Under the pieces are notes generated by a model, which saw only the letters and a program-made list of their open reading frames with translations, did no database searches and was not told the DNA's origin. A stretch of 64,000 nucleotides of DNA, from positions 62,001 to 126,000 of the forward strand of contig OW569388.1 in the NCBI GenBank assembly GCA_937625935.1, given 5' to 3'. This DNA is from Tetramitus jugosus (lineage: Eukaryota > Protista > Heterolobosea). Shown here in pieces: positions 1 through 11,678 of this stretch. Each line of letters begins with the position of its first letter. The first letter of the stretch is position 1. The position numbers and the translations under genes were made by a program.

Positions 1-2
1 AG

Positions 3-1010
3 ATTTGGAACAGTGATTATGCAGCAAGAATTACTGTGATACCTGGCCATCTGGATAGAAAGCACCTCGGGTTGAGTATTAGTACCTTTGAGGAGTTAGC
101 AGCAAAGATGGACATTATTTATCACATTGCTGCTGATACTAGCTATGTTAAGCCATTCTCAGAATTGAAGGCAGTCAATGTATTCGGAACTCATGAGATG
201 ATCAGACTCGCGGCTAGTGGAAACAAACACAAGCCTTTCCATTATTGTTCTTCCATGTGTGTCTTTGGACCAGCATACCATTTCAATGGAAAGGAAGTTA
301 TAACTGAGTCTGACAATTATGAAGAGGCAATGCCATTCATCTACATTGAGAATGGCTATGTGAGAAGCAAATGGGTTGCCGAGTATTTGGTTAGAACAGC
401 AATGAGAAAAGGTTTAGATGCAATGATTTTCAGACCAGGTTTCATCCAAGGATCAGATACTCACGGTGTTCCTAATGTTACAGACTTCTTGTGCAGAATG
501 ATTAAGGGATGCGTTCAATTGGGATGTTATCCAGATTTGCCTTTTAAGTACTGGATGGCTGTTCCAGTCAACTATGTTTCTCAAGCTTTGGTGCACATCT
601 CGTTGACCAAGAAGAGAGAAGCTATTGTGGACACATTCCATCTAGTTTCTCATCGTGAGGATGAACCAAGTAATGTACAGTTGTTTGAGATGCTACAACA
701 GATTGGTTATCCATTACAAAAGGTGTCTATTCAATGTTGGCATGAAGAGTTGGAACGATTGTTAGATGATGAGGTGTACGATAATGCATTGCACCCTGTT
801 GTGATGTTCATTCTAGAGAAGGTTTATGAATCAAGAAACACCATTCTGGAACTTCACTACTTCACACCTGCATGCACCAGTGAAAATGTAGATAGGTTAC
901 TAGAGGGATCTGGTATCACTTGCACAAAGTGGGATAGTAGGATGATGGAGTTTTACGTACGAATGTTCAATGACCAAGGATGGATGCCGTTGCCCCCATC
1001 GTCTGCATGA
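3..1010 (+). CDS. C-terminal thioester-reductase (extended SDR / NAD_binding_4) domain of an NRPS-like, carboxylic-acid-reductase or Lys2-like enzyme; 5' partial
   Basis: Frame is open from position 3, so the gene starts upstream of the window. Motifs DIIYHIAA, NVFGTHEMIRLA, HYCSS, catalytic YxxxK (GYVRSKWVAE), IFRPG and GCVQLG-YP. Confidence 0.8.
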   Translation: MWNSDYAARITVIPGHLDRKHLGLSISTFEELAAKMDIIYHIAADTSYVKPFSELKAVNVFGTHEMIRLAASGNKHKPFHYCSSMCVFGPAYHFNGKEVITESDNYEEAMPFIYIENGYVRSKWVAEYLVRTAMRKGLDAMIFRPGFIQGSDTHGVPNVTDFLCRMIKGCVQLGCYPDLPFKYWMAVPVNYVSQALVHISLTKKREAIVDTFHLVSHREDEPSNVQLFEMLQQIGYPLQKVSIQCWHEELERLLDDEVYDNALHPVVMFILEKVYESRNTILELHYFTPACTSENVDRLLEGSGITCTKWDSRMMEFYVRMFNDQGWMPLPPSSA

Positions 1011-1473
1011 ATTCATTTCACCTACAGTAGATTGGGCAACTCATTTCTAGGGCTCAACTAATCAACAGAGTAAACTTTTAATTATTGAAAAATATGATTG
1101 ATTCTTCTTTCCTGATGTTCTGGAAAACACCTGGCAAAATATCACCTAACTTTCCGATTTGTTGTATTTGGCAGAGAAATTCTCCTTTTTTCGGTGAATT
1201 CATCGCATTGTCCGATGCATCAGAAAAAGAACCCGCAAAGGATGTCATGGTTATAAATAAAAAATTCATATTCTATTCCACCAACACAATCACAGAAAAC
1301 GAAAACAAACAACAACAACAATTCATCCTTTGTGCCCACAACAAAAAAGAACCTTGATTTTTCATCCAATCATCGAATTCATCACCATCACAAAAACAAC
1401 AACACACCACTCTATGCATTCAAGTGCATAATTCTTATTATTACCGAACACAATCGTAAATATTATTTTACCA

Positions 1474-4400
1474 ATGTATCCGTCTTCACCACTACCATCA
1501 TCACAATCACCATCTTCCAACAGACATGCAAATGATTTTGTCTCTTCATCATCATCACAGATAACAACAGCAACTACAACTCATTCGAAGACAAAGAAGA
1601 AAAAGATTGCGTTCTATCATTATCCATCGTATGCGATCGATTGGATATTGAAAAAGACATTCTTTTTTATTGGAAGGTGTTCTGCGACGATTCCAATCAC
1701 AATTGTCTTGCTTTCTGTGCTAGTGACTGCTCTATTGGGGGCAGGTATTGTTTGGATAAAGTTTGAAACTGATCCACAAAAGCTTTGGGTTCCTGATCAA
1801 AGGTATGTTGTAATTTTCGATGTTGTTTGATGTATTGTGTGTTGGTTAGCAGCGACGTTGTGTTTCCGATTGTAAAGTTTAGCCAATGAAAAATTTTTGG
1901 CGCCAAAGAGTGGATTGTTGACCCTCTCCATTTTTTGTATTTTTTACAATTGTTGTTGTTATGATTGATCATGTGACACACAGTGAGACCGTCATGCAAA
2001 AGAATTCGTTTGATCAGGCATTTTCTCCCTTTTATCGTATTGAACAATTGATTGTTGTTCCCAAGGTCAATGAATCACTCTCTGGTGGATCCTCATCTAG
2101 TTCACCCAACGCCATTGATAAAAATGTGCTGTTGGAACTTGCACAGCTAGAATTGGACGTTCAAGGCATTCAAGTGTTCAAGCAAATCAATAGCTCCTAC
2201 ATGCAAACAAAGACATTGAGAGATTTGTGCTTCACGCCGATCCCATCCAAGGGCTGCATGATCCAATCTCCCTTCCAATACTTTCAAAACAATATTCAAT
2301 TGATTGAGTCACAGACGAATGATCAAGTGTTGAAGCACGTGTACAGTTGTGCTTTTGGTGATCAAACGTTAGTGGCCAAGTGCATGAGTGAGATTGGCAT
2401 TCCATTGTACTATAAGCAGGTGATGGGTGGAGCAACCTTTACGAATGTAACCTGTTCTGCCAATGCTCTCCTAGTGACCTATTTGCTCAATAATAGAGCA
2501 GAAGACGATTGGTGGGCAATGGAGTGGGAGCAACAATTTATGAATCTTGCCTCTAGGCAGTTCAAGTACTCAAATATTTACTATACGTCACAACGATCCG
2601 TAGAAGACGAACTGTCAAAGGAGAATGGTGACATTAAGACAATTGCCATCTCCTATGTGTGCATGTTTATTTATGTGGCACTTTCATTGGGTCAATTGCA
2701 TCCAATCAAGTCTCGATTGCTGTTAGGTTTGGCTGGTATTGTCATTGTGATTATGAGTGTAATTGCCAGTGCTGGTATTTGTTCAGTCATTGGTATTAAG
2801 GCCACTCTAATTATTTCAGAAGTGATCCCCTTCTTGATTTTGGCAATTGGTGTGGACAATATGTTTATTTTGGCCAATACGGTCGATGAGATCGAAGAAG
2901 CCACCGGTGGAAAGCTGTCAGTGCCTGTTCTCATCGGAAAAACAATGTCAAAGGTGGGAACGAGTATGCTTTTGGCCAGTATGAGCGAGTTTTTAGCGTT
3001 CATGCTTGGATCGTTGACAAAGATGCCTGCTGTACAAGCGTTTTGCTTCTATGCTGGATTTGCTATTTTGGCAAACTTTGCGCTTCAGGTGACAGCCTTT
3101 ACTGCATTATTGAGTTTGGATATGCGGAGGAGAAGATCGTTTAGAATGGAAATTGAACCATCGATCCGTTTGCCTCATCTCAAGGGTGACTCAATCAGTA
3201 ATCAAATGGTTGTCAAGTACTTTATGAAGAAGGTGTTTGCGCCTATTGTGGTTTCTCTACCAGTGAGTATCATCATTATTATTATCTTTGGTATCACCAC
3301 TGCCTTGTCCATCTTTGCTACGACAAAGTTGAATCAAGGATTGGATCAGGCAACAGCACTGCCCACAAAGAGTTATCAAGTGGAATTCTTCCACAAGCAG
3401 AGAGAATACATGGACCTCGGTCCTCCAGTGTACTTTGTGACCAATGGTACTCAAGTCGATCACACGGATCCAGTCGTTCAAAAGAAATTGTTCCAAAGTT
3501 TTGATTATATTACCAGAACTCCCTACATCGAAAAGGGAAGTGTCTCATTTTGGTTGGATGACTTTAGACAGTACTTGGTTCAATCTGCCTGCAGTGGCAT
3601 TGGATTGCAAAGCGACACCATTCCACCAGAGAACTTTATTCCTTGGTTGAGACAATTTTTGGCCCAGGATGAATGTTGTCACATATTTGGTCAGTTGACA
3701 CCATTATGCGGTTTCAGATACAGACAAGACGTGAAGATTGCCGATGACAATAGTACAATCCTTGCCAGTAGAATGTTGGTTCAGACAACATCGTTGCTCA
3801 CACAGAATGACTTCATTAATTCGATGAAATCTGCATTCTACACATCAGATACGCTCGTGGATTCGGAGCTCGGTTTGAAGGGTACTTTCCCTTATTCAGT
3901 TTATTACATCTATTTCGCACAGTACATGTATTTGCCTCGTGTGGCAGCAACCAATATTCTGATTGCGAGCGGCGCTGTTGTGGCAACAACATTTATTCTC
4001 ATGACATCACCAATCAGTTCAATCTATATTCTCGTGTGTCTCATGATGATTAACATTCATTTGATGGCATTGATGGCAATATGGGGAATCTATCTAAATG
4101 CTCTTTCAGTCGTGAATCTCGTGATGAGTATTGGCATATCTGTCGAGTTCTGTGTCCACATAACCAAGAGCTTCTTGTCCGCAACTGGATCACACAAGGA
4201 GAGAGCAGAAGATGCTCTTGTGAACATGGGTAGCAGTGTTGTGAGTGGTATCACAGTAACCAAGCTTGTTGGTGTTATTGTCTTGAACTTTGCCCAATCA
4301 GAGATTTTCAGAATCTATTACTTTAGGATGTACTTGGGCATTGTGTTGCTCGGTGCGGCACATGGTCTGCTATTCTTGCCCGCTTTGTTGAGACTTGTGG

Positions 4401-4549
4401 GTCCTTCGTCCAGTGCAGAAGAAGGCGACGAACAAGAAGAAGAAGAGTATGTGGAAGAGCATTCTAAACATCCCGAAGATGTTGCCTATTTCCACCAACA
4501 GTCTGTCATTATTGATGAAAACGGAGGAGTAAGATCACACACATTGTAA
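1474..4549 (+). CDS. NPC1: Niemann-Pick C1-like sterol transporter (sterol-sensing domain), lacking the N-terminal luminal domain; 2 exons
   Basis: Exons 1474-1802 and 1984-4549; intron GTATGT...CAG (1803-1983) joins in frame as PDQ-S-ETV. Motifs ETDPQKLWVP, FYRIEQLI, EVIPFLILAIGVDNMFIL, MPAVQAF, GPPVYFV, GISVEFCVH and IFRIYYFRMY. Confidence 0.9.
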
Positions 4550-4840
4550 ACGTCAGCAAATTTTATGTACTAAAAAGTTTAATTTTTTGTTGCGAGGGTG
4601 AACGTTTGTTCCACATGTACCCACAGTACTGTACACTAGTCCGTTGTTGGTTCTGCAGTTGCATTGTTCGTCTTCAATGCACTGGTCGTAGTGACGATTC
4701 TTGCGATTCTTGTTGTTGCCTTTCGCAACAATAGAACACAAATGTCGTCAGTCCATTGTAATTGGATGGAATGCCTAATCTCACACAATCTTACTCTTGT
4801 GAGGTCTCGTATAACAACAACCACCACACAATATAGATAT

Positions 4841-5752
4841 TTATGTCTTCAAAAACTGTCTAAACAACAACTTGAATACCCATAGTAAGCTCTCAAACAC
4901 GCAATTAATGAACCATTGATACGATTTCCGAATTCGCTTCCAGAATCCAAACCTCCTCATGTTTCCATAATATCCTTGCGATTGTTGCTGTTGCTGTAAC
5001 TGTAACTGCTGTTGTTGTTGAAAACTTTGATTCGGCAGTGAAACATTTCGCTTCGTTCTCTGATTGTGCTCTCGTCTTCGCTTCTCTCGAAACAAGTATT
5101 GATCAATACGATCTGCAATGTCCCTTGCAGCTGCTCGATCATCACCCTCTTCTCTCTCTCTTTTTGCTCCTCCTACACTTGCCAATTCTCCGATTTTTCT
5201 CCGAGTGTTTCCAAATTGATCTTTGAATTGGAGCCATCGATCTACCAATGATCTTATCAATTGTTCCTGTCTCGAATAAGCAGCATATGGATTGTGATAG
5301 GATGACTGTTGTGATGATGATGATGATGAATAGCGATTGTTGTTATTCGACATTGTATTGCTATTGATTTTTCGTTGAAGTGCTTGAAACCAATTGGAAT
5401 GTTCCATTTTATCAAACAAGGAAAACATGGTGTTTCGAGTGATTTTTTGAGCAATTTGCCTCCGTTCCCAAGCATCCATTCTATGATGATGATGCTGATG
5501 ATGACCACCACTACGATCATTATTCATCGGATCATCATTTCTCATCATCATCATTTGTTCGTGTTCTCTTTTCATTGTCGGAGTATTGGTTGGATCATCA
5601 TGTTTGTAACCATGGGTTGTTGTTGTAGGTGTGAGATAAATTGTATCAAACAAGTTTTGATGATGACTATGGTTGTTGTTGTTGTGATTAGAGTTGGTGT
5701 CTGAGGGAGACACGAGTGCACTCGAATCTCTAATCATTCTCAGCGTTTTCAT
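4841..5752 (-). CDS. Hypothetical low-complexity (H/Q/N/S-rich) protein with helical segments
   Basis: 303-aa ATG-initiated ORF with the same compositional style as neighbouring genes; no recognisable domain. Confidence 0.6.
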   Translation of the reverse strand: MKTLRMIRDSSALVSPSDTNSNHNNNNHSHHQNLFDTIYLTPTTTTHGYKHDDPTNTPTMKREHEQMMMMRNDDPMNNDRSGGHHQHHHHRMDAWERRQIAQKITRNTMFSLFDKMEHSNWFQALQRKINSNTMSNNNNRYSSSSSSQQSSYHNPYAAYSRQEQLIRSLVDRWLQFKDQFGNTRRKIGELASVGGAKREREEGDDRAAARDIADRIDQYLFREKRRREHNQRTKRNVSLPNQSFQQQQQLQLQQQQQSQGYYGNMRRFGFWKRIRKSYQWFINCVFESLLWVFKLLFRQFLKT

Positions 5753-6093
5753 TGATGCTTGTCACTCTTGATGATAGCTTTTTGGTTTTACGACACGAAA
5801 AGCATTATGATTTTTGAACTTCTGTGCTTTTCGTGCTGCTTCTCCAAACTTGTAACTCAGACCACCCATCAGGTGAAAATTCCATGTTGCTTACGTCATT
5901 TTTCTTTCGGAGTTCTTCCCTTCTCCGCGAAAAAACGGGTATGATAAAAATAGTAGCTAGACATGGTAAGGATACAACGGGGAAGCTTGTTGTCGCTGCA
6001 GAGTGTTCTTTGGAAGGGAAGGATCTGTTAGATTGTGAGATAAAGGAACTGCCATGTTGTACAGAGAAATGCAAGTGATAATTTTGTCCGTCG

Positions 6094-6792
6094 ATGGACG
6101 AAAAAGTAGCCAAGAAAAAAGTAAAGAGATCGAGAATGTTGCGTGTGAACAGAATGTTGATCCCCAAAGTGACAAAGACGAAAATCATTGGATTGCCTAT
6201 TGTGACAGGTCAACTTGGTCTTTTTTCGTACTTTTCTCATTCGAAAGATGACAAGTTGAGTGATTTCAAGGAATCCACGGAGAAGGAGTTGGAAGATGAA
6301 GAAGAAACTTTCAAAGCAGAAAATTTTAGACTTGTAAGGTCGAAACCTGATGGCAACTGCCTGTTCCGATCTGTTGCTTCTGGACTATCATCGAGTGCCA
6401 ATGGCTTCAGTGCTGATCAGCACATGAAGGTGAGACAAAAGGCAGTTGAGTGGATGAGAAACAATATGGAGACAGAGATTGATGGTCTGGCATTCAAACA
6501 TACGATATTTCTTGATCGTGGTCAATCAGTTGAATCGTACTTGAAGTCCATGTCAAAAGAGGGAGAGTGGGGAGACTGGAGTTGTATCCTTGCACTGGCG
6601 CAGAGCTTGAACATTAATTTCAAGGTAGTGTTCGCTCAACAGAATGGAAAGACTGAGTCAGTGATCAATGTGAAACCAACATCAATGAGCAAAGACACTC
6701 AGAAAATGTGGCTGCTGTATCATGATCGCTTCAAGCATTATGATCTACTCGTGCCAAAGGACGATCAACAATTCATGCAATCAAAATTATAA
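6094..6792 (+). CDS. OTU-family cysteine protease (deubiquitinase); start uncertain
   Basis: Catalytic motif PDGNCLFRSVA, WGDW...LALA segment and C-terminal HYD His motif. Confidence 0.85.
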   Translation: MDEKVAKKKVKRSRMLRVNRMLIPKVTKTKIIGLPIVTGQLGLFSYFSHSKDDKLSDFKESTEKELEDEEETFKAENFRLVRSKPDGNCLFRSVASGLSSSANGFSADQHMKVRQKAVEWMRNNMETEIDGLAFKHTIFLDRGQSVESYLKSMSKEGEWGDWSCILALAQSLNINFKVVFAQQNGKTESVINVKPTSMSKDTQKMWLLYHDRFKHYDLLVPKDDQQFMQSKL

Positions 6793-6862
6793 GAACTCCC
6801 TGAATTTGTAAATATTTACAATTACTATTTGTACAGGAGGGAGAACTATCGTCATTAGTGGA

Positions 6863-9577
6863 TTAGGGCTCTGTGTAGTACTTTTTCAAAAATTTTACAA
6901 AATCGACAGAGTACAGCTTCAGTGTCCTTCTACCTGACTTGTCCAAAACAAAGTTCATGATTGTAATATCTTTGTTTTGCTTTTGCACCAGGTCAATATC
7001 GTCCAGATCCACTAGAATAAAAGGATCCTTGTCTGTACCCGTCAATTCCTTGTACTTTGTTATTTTCCTAGGATGAGCAGCATTGTTAGAATTCGCTCCA
7101 GACAGTCTTGGAAGATCCTGTCGAGCGGCATACCACTTTCCTTCCCATTGAATCAAACAAGGATCTACAATCTCATCTTCACTATCTTCATCTAGAATTC
7201 TTCTTGTATCCTTTCTACTCCTTGACTTTTTCGCTGTTCTCGCCATCTGGCTACTGGCCTTCCTCTTGCCTCTCTTTGTGTTCAAGTTCTTGGAACCGAG
7301 GTAAAACTTGTTGTAACAGGAGCAACACACTGCACCAATTTCTCCATCATATCCATCGAAAATCAATTTATACTTTTCTGCGTGCCTTCGTGTAGAGTAC
7401 CTCTTGGAGAAATTTCGGTTGGTTTCTTTGCAGACCACACAGTATTGATTCAGAACCTCAACACTATCAGCACCATGAGTTGCTTCTCGGATGAACTCAT
7501 TTTCCATGTCCTCATCTTCTTCGGAATCCAAGGGTGAATAGGTACGATCTTTGTCCTGTTCATCGTCCGTCTCCACATTATCATCTTCTTCATAATCATC
7601 ATCTACTGGTGCATTCGGCTCCACAACATGTTGATCATTGAAGTTATTACTATCTTGATTATTGTTGTTGATTTTAGAACTAGATTCTTGAGAGTGTGAA
7701 CATTCATCTTTCTCATCATGTGATTGAGAACCATCATTACTATCATCATCATTCAAATTGATTGAAACAATAGCAGAGGAAGGAGAAACCATAACGGAAG
7801 ATTGATCAATCTTTGTCGTCTTCTTCTCTTTGCCTTGTTGGTCAATCGTAGATGGAGCCGTTTCATCCTTGTTTTCGCTCTTTGACTTTTCATTGGTAGC
7901 ACATTCATTGTTTTCTTTGGAGATATCACTCTGAAATACATCGAGAGGAGACGATGGTGATGGTGGAGATTCTGGGAGTGATGTTGGTGTCAGTGCATCA
8001 ATCACATTCATCTCATTTGTCAAGTCTCTACTTGCTTCTTCATTCACAGTCATAGAAGCAGTAGAAATGGGTTTAGAAAGAGCAAGAGTGCTTGCAGTGC
8101 TTGTTCTTCGACTCAATAGTTTTCTTCTGTTAAATCTTCGATTGACTCGATTGTCCACATCTGATGAATTACCACTTGACGGTTGAATGTCACTTGGTTC
8201 TACTTCTGTTTCTTCATTGTCATCCACGACAGTTTCATCTTCATCATCATCATGAATAATTTTAATGTCATTATCAATATTGCCAGATGTGCTGTTGTTG
8301 TTGTTGTGAGTAGTAGTAGGGTTGACTGACTTTTGATGAATAATGGTTCCACTATGAGTACTATTACTACTATTACTACTACTATTATCAGTTGTATTCT
8401 GCTTGTTGGTCAAGTTGTTATTGCTATTATTGACAATTAGAGCTGGAATAGTTGTCAAGTGAGAAAAGATACTTGTTGGATTCTTGTGTTGATCAATCAC
8501 TACTCCTCTTTGCAGTGTTTGAACTTGTTGTTTTTGATTATGCATGGACATGTATTGAACATGTTGTGGTTGCTGTAATGGTTGATTGGTAGGCATGTGT
8601 GAAGGTCTAGGTGGGTTCACTGCCATTGTACTGCCATTGTTTGTATTGTTTGTATTCATAGTACTACTCATAGTGTTGGTTTGATTAGGAGTCATTGGAG
8701 AAGAAGATTGAGAAGACCGTCTCTGTTGTTGTTGTTGTAGTAGTAGTGCCTTGTTTTGTTGGTTTATCACTTGAGACAAGAGTTGAGCATTGGGTGGTAT
8801 AGTTGGTGTACTTGTTGAAGTTGTTCTTTGTACAGTTGATCCATTTGACCTATTCATAGAGGATGATGATGATGATACTGGGAATGTAGAACTTACTCGT
8901 TGATGATGTTGAGATGCTGTTGGTGGTGACGTTGAAGATGATGATGATGATGCAGTAGATGCGACCATGTGATGCAACTGTTGTTGTTGTTGTTGTTGAA
9001 CATGTTTCATGTGACCATTACTACCATTACTACTACTACTACTCATAGCTCGCAATTGTTTTTGTTGTTGTTGTTGTAAGAATTGTTGCTGAAGTAGATG
9101 TTGTTGATATTGTCGTTGTTGTGCTAGAGTAGGTGGTTTTTGGGAATGAACAGAAGCACGAAAAGCAGGTGATTGACTGTACTGAGCTTCCATTCTCTCC
9201 AATAGAGGTATAGTAGCTGAGATGGATGATATTTGTTCACTGATTTTTCTCAGTGAGTGTTCATGAATGAGTCGTTCTCTCTCCAATTGTTGAATTTTCT
9301 GTAGCAAGAGTTGACTACCTGTTGATGATGCTGTTGTTGTTGTTGTTGTGACTGTTGTTGAGGTAGTAGTAGTTGGAGTAAGAACTTTGGATTTGGGTGG
9401 TGCACTACTAGAGGTTGAGTTGGTTTTTGGAGTAGTGTTAGTAGTAGGGTAAGTGTGGTGAGGAGGATGAGGTACTGTTGTTGTTATTATTGTCGTTGTT
9501 GATTTTGTTGGTAGAGTGGTGAGTGTAGATGGGTGCAAGTTATTTTTTGTATTGTTGTTGATGTTAATGTTGTTCAT
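6863..9577 (-). CDS. Large Q/N/T/S-rich probable nuclear protein with a C-terminal Cys4-type zinc-finger-like motif and basic NLS-like segment
   Basis: 904-aa ORF, mostly low complexity. CVVC...CCSCY motif at about 7310-7445 is followed by KRGKRK/KKSRSRK. Confidence 0.7.
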   Translation of the reverse strand: MNNININNNTKNNLHPSTLTTLPTKSTTTIITTTVPHPPHHTYPTTNTTPKTNSTSSSAPPKSKVLTPTTTTSTTVTTTTTTASSTGSQLLLQKIQQLERERLIHEHSLRKISEQISSISATIPLLERMEAQYSQSPAFRASVHSQKPPTLAQQRQYQQHLLQQQFLQQQQQKQLRAMSSSSSNGSNGHMKHVQQQQQQQLHHMVASTASSSSSSTSPPTASQHHQRVSSTFPVSSSSSSMNRSNGSTVQRTTSTSTPTIPPNAQLLSQVINQQNKALLLQQQQQRRSSQSSSPMTPNQTNTMSSTMNTNNTNNGSTMAVNPPRPSHMPTNQPLQQPQHVQYMSMHNQKQQVQTLQRGVVIDQHKNPTSIFSHLTTIPALIVNNSNNNLTNKQNTTDNSSSNSSNSTHSGTIIHQKSVNPTTTHNNNNSTSGNIDNDIKIIHDDDEDETVVDDNEETEVEPSDIQPSSGNSSDVDNRVNRRFNRRKLLSRRTSTASTLALSKPISTASMTVNEEASRDLTNEMNVIDALTPTSLPESPPSPSSPLDVFQSDISKENNECATNEKSKSENKDETAPSTIDQQGKEKKTTKIDQSSVMVSPSSAIVSINLNDDDSNDGSQSHDEKDECSHSQESSSKINNNNQDSNNFNDQHVVEPNAPVDDDYEEDDNVETDDEQDKDRTYSPLDSEEDEDMENEFIREATHGADSVEVLNQYCVVCKETNRNFSKRYSTRRHAEKYKLIFDGYDGEIGAVCCSCYNKFYLGSKNLNTKRGKRKASSQMARTAKKSRSRKDTRRILDEDSEDEIVDPCLIQWEGKWYAARQDLPRLSGANSNNAAHPRKITKYKELTGTDKDPFILVDLDDIDLVQKQNKDITIMNFVLDKSGRRTLKLYSVDFVKFLKKYYTEP

Positions 9578-10017
9578 TGAGTGGGTGGGTAGGTATCTTG
9601 CAATGAGTTTTTTTGTTATGTGTGATTATTTTGCTTTTTGTATTTGTTTTTGCTCCAATGGTGGGCACAAGATGTTTGTGGGGAGAAAATCGTAGATGGC
9701 GGGAGAAAACGGACGGGGAACAGCCAACTGTACTACTGTTTTCCATTGAAGTTCAACATGGGGAAAACGAAAACCCACACTGACTATGCATCCTTCTCAA
9801 GGATCCTTATTCTGGATACGTGAGAAATCTATTGGAGGTTCGCTTTTAGAGCCCATTGAAGGAATATTATTGGCTATTGGGAAGGGAAACCAAACGGAAG
9901 ATTCCATTCGACGAGAGAACTTGCAGAACATCCACAACTCTTGTGCTGTCTGATCAAAAAAAACAACAACAACAACAAACACTCCAACAACTCTCAACAA
10001 CACACCATATCACAACA

Positions 10018-10283
10018 ATGACAACACAACAGATACAACACATTCCAGACTTTGAAGAACATGAGAAACAATATGCAGAAGACTACCTCTTTTCCAATCT
10101 TCAATTCCAAAAATCATCAACAACCAACAATGAATCAACTTCATCATCAACAACATCAACAACAACAACATTTGACTATGAAGAAAATTACATGACCATA
10201 CCAATTGATCACTGGTCATCATGCACCACAATGAAACACACGAGTATACAACTTTTTTATAGACAATACAAGTGTAAACCAAT

Positions 10284-10316
<33 letters not shown>

Positions 10317-11331
10317 TGATTCGAATACAACATTAGTAGAATCACCAAAAGCCATCATTTTCTTGTTTCATGGTGCAGGTAGTCTCAGTGAATTCATTGC
10401 TCCATTGGCCAATCATCTCATGACTCAAAATCAATATCACATTTATATCATGGATCAATTGTGTCATGGAAAATCACGATATATTGATCACCACAAGAAA
10501 CAACAACACAATAATAACAATAATAACAATAACAATAGTAGTAGTAGTAATAGTAGTGATGTAACTCCACCACCTGATTGTCTAGTGCGTGACTATAGGC
10601 ATTTTGATCAATGTATCATTTATTTCATGAATCAAATATTGAAACTTGAATCATCATCACAGTCATCAACCGTATCAACACAACCACCACAACTACCACC
10701 ACCACCAGTGTTTCTATGGGGTGAATCCATGGGAGGTGCCACTGTTCTCTCCACTCTCTTGCATCACAATCTCATGCATCACAGTAACACTCATAACACT
10801 GATAACACTAGTAACACTGATAACACTCATAACACTGATAACACTGATAATGAAATGTTAAAGAATAGAATCAAGGGAATGATTGTATCTGCACCTGCCA
10901 TCACCATACCCAACAAACCCAACACACTAGTCATTGGTGCACTTCGACTCATGAACCGTATTGCTCCTCAAATGAAACCATTGCCCCATGATCCATTCAC
11001 TCACTCTCGCATACGTCGATTTGCACAATACTATGATGAACATGCGAGTACAGTTGCTCCTCTGCCATTGGCTCTCATGACACAAATATTGGACATGTCA
11101 CTGTACTTGGACAAGCATTTGAAATTGGTGAATATGCCCATGTTGTTGATGCATGGACAACAGGACACAACAGTTGATATTCAAGGCAGTTATAAGCTAT
11201 GGGAGTCAAACAGTCATGTGGACAAGGAATTCCTAGTGTATGAAGAGAGTTATCATGCGTTGATTAATGAGTACACAACGTGGCATGCAGTGAACAAGAT
11301 TGCACAGTGGATTCAAGCACGTTTACAATAA
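10018..11331 (+). CDS. Alpha/beta hydrolase, monoglyceride lipase/lysophospholipase-like (Hydrolase_4)
   Basis: Motifs LFHGAG, DQLCHGKS, nucleophile elbow GESMGG, LLMHGQQD and SYHAL. The ATG at 10018 (context CACAACAATG) is preferred over the TTG start at 9856. Confidence 0.88.
10783..10850 (+). repeat. Coding tandem repeat of about 9 nt (NNTAACACT) encoding SNTHNTDNTSNTDNTHNTDNTDN
   Basis: Directly visible tandem units inside the lipase CDS. Confidence 0.85.
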
Positions 11332-11678
11332 AATACTTTTTTTATAAGCGCATCTCTTTCCTTTGGATTAATCATCAAACATTCATGGTGGTGTGCGCGT
11401 ACAATCTGTAATCATCCCATGATCTCAACTGCTGGTTGGTGATCATCGTAGTTGTTGTTGTGGAGAAATGGAAAAAGGAGATTTGCGCGAGAGCGAACCA
11501 ACTGGATTCTATCGCTTTCGAGGAGTGATGACATTTTGAATCTCTGGTCAGTCTGCCACTGCAATCTGAAACAACACCGAAAGAAAACAGTTGTTGCGGG
11601 CCACAACACTCAACACCCACAACCACCACAAATCCATTCTGTTCCACTAACAACTAACCCTAACCCAAAAAGGAAAGG

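Noticed and set aside
5941-6251. Ubiquitin-like-looking starts (MIKIVARHGK; MQVIILSVDGRK) upstream of the OTU domain
   Set aside because: Resemblance is limited to about 10 residues, and I could not build a consistent splice model joining them to the OTU frame.
11653-11670. Telomere-like (TAACCC)x2
   Set aside because: Only two units in an A/C-rich 5' UTR; expected by chance.
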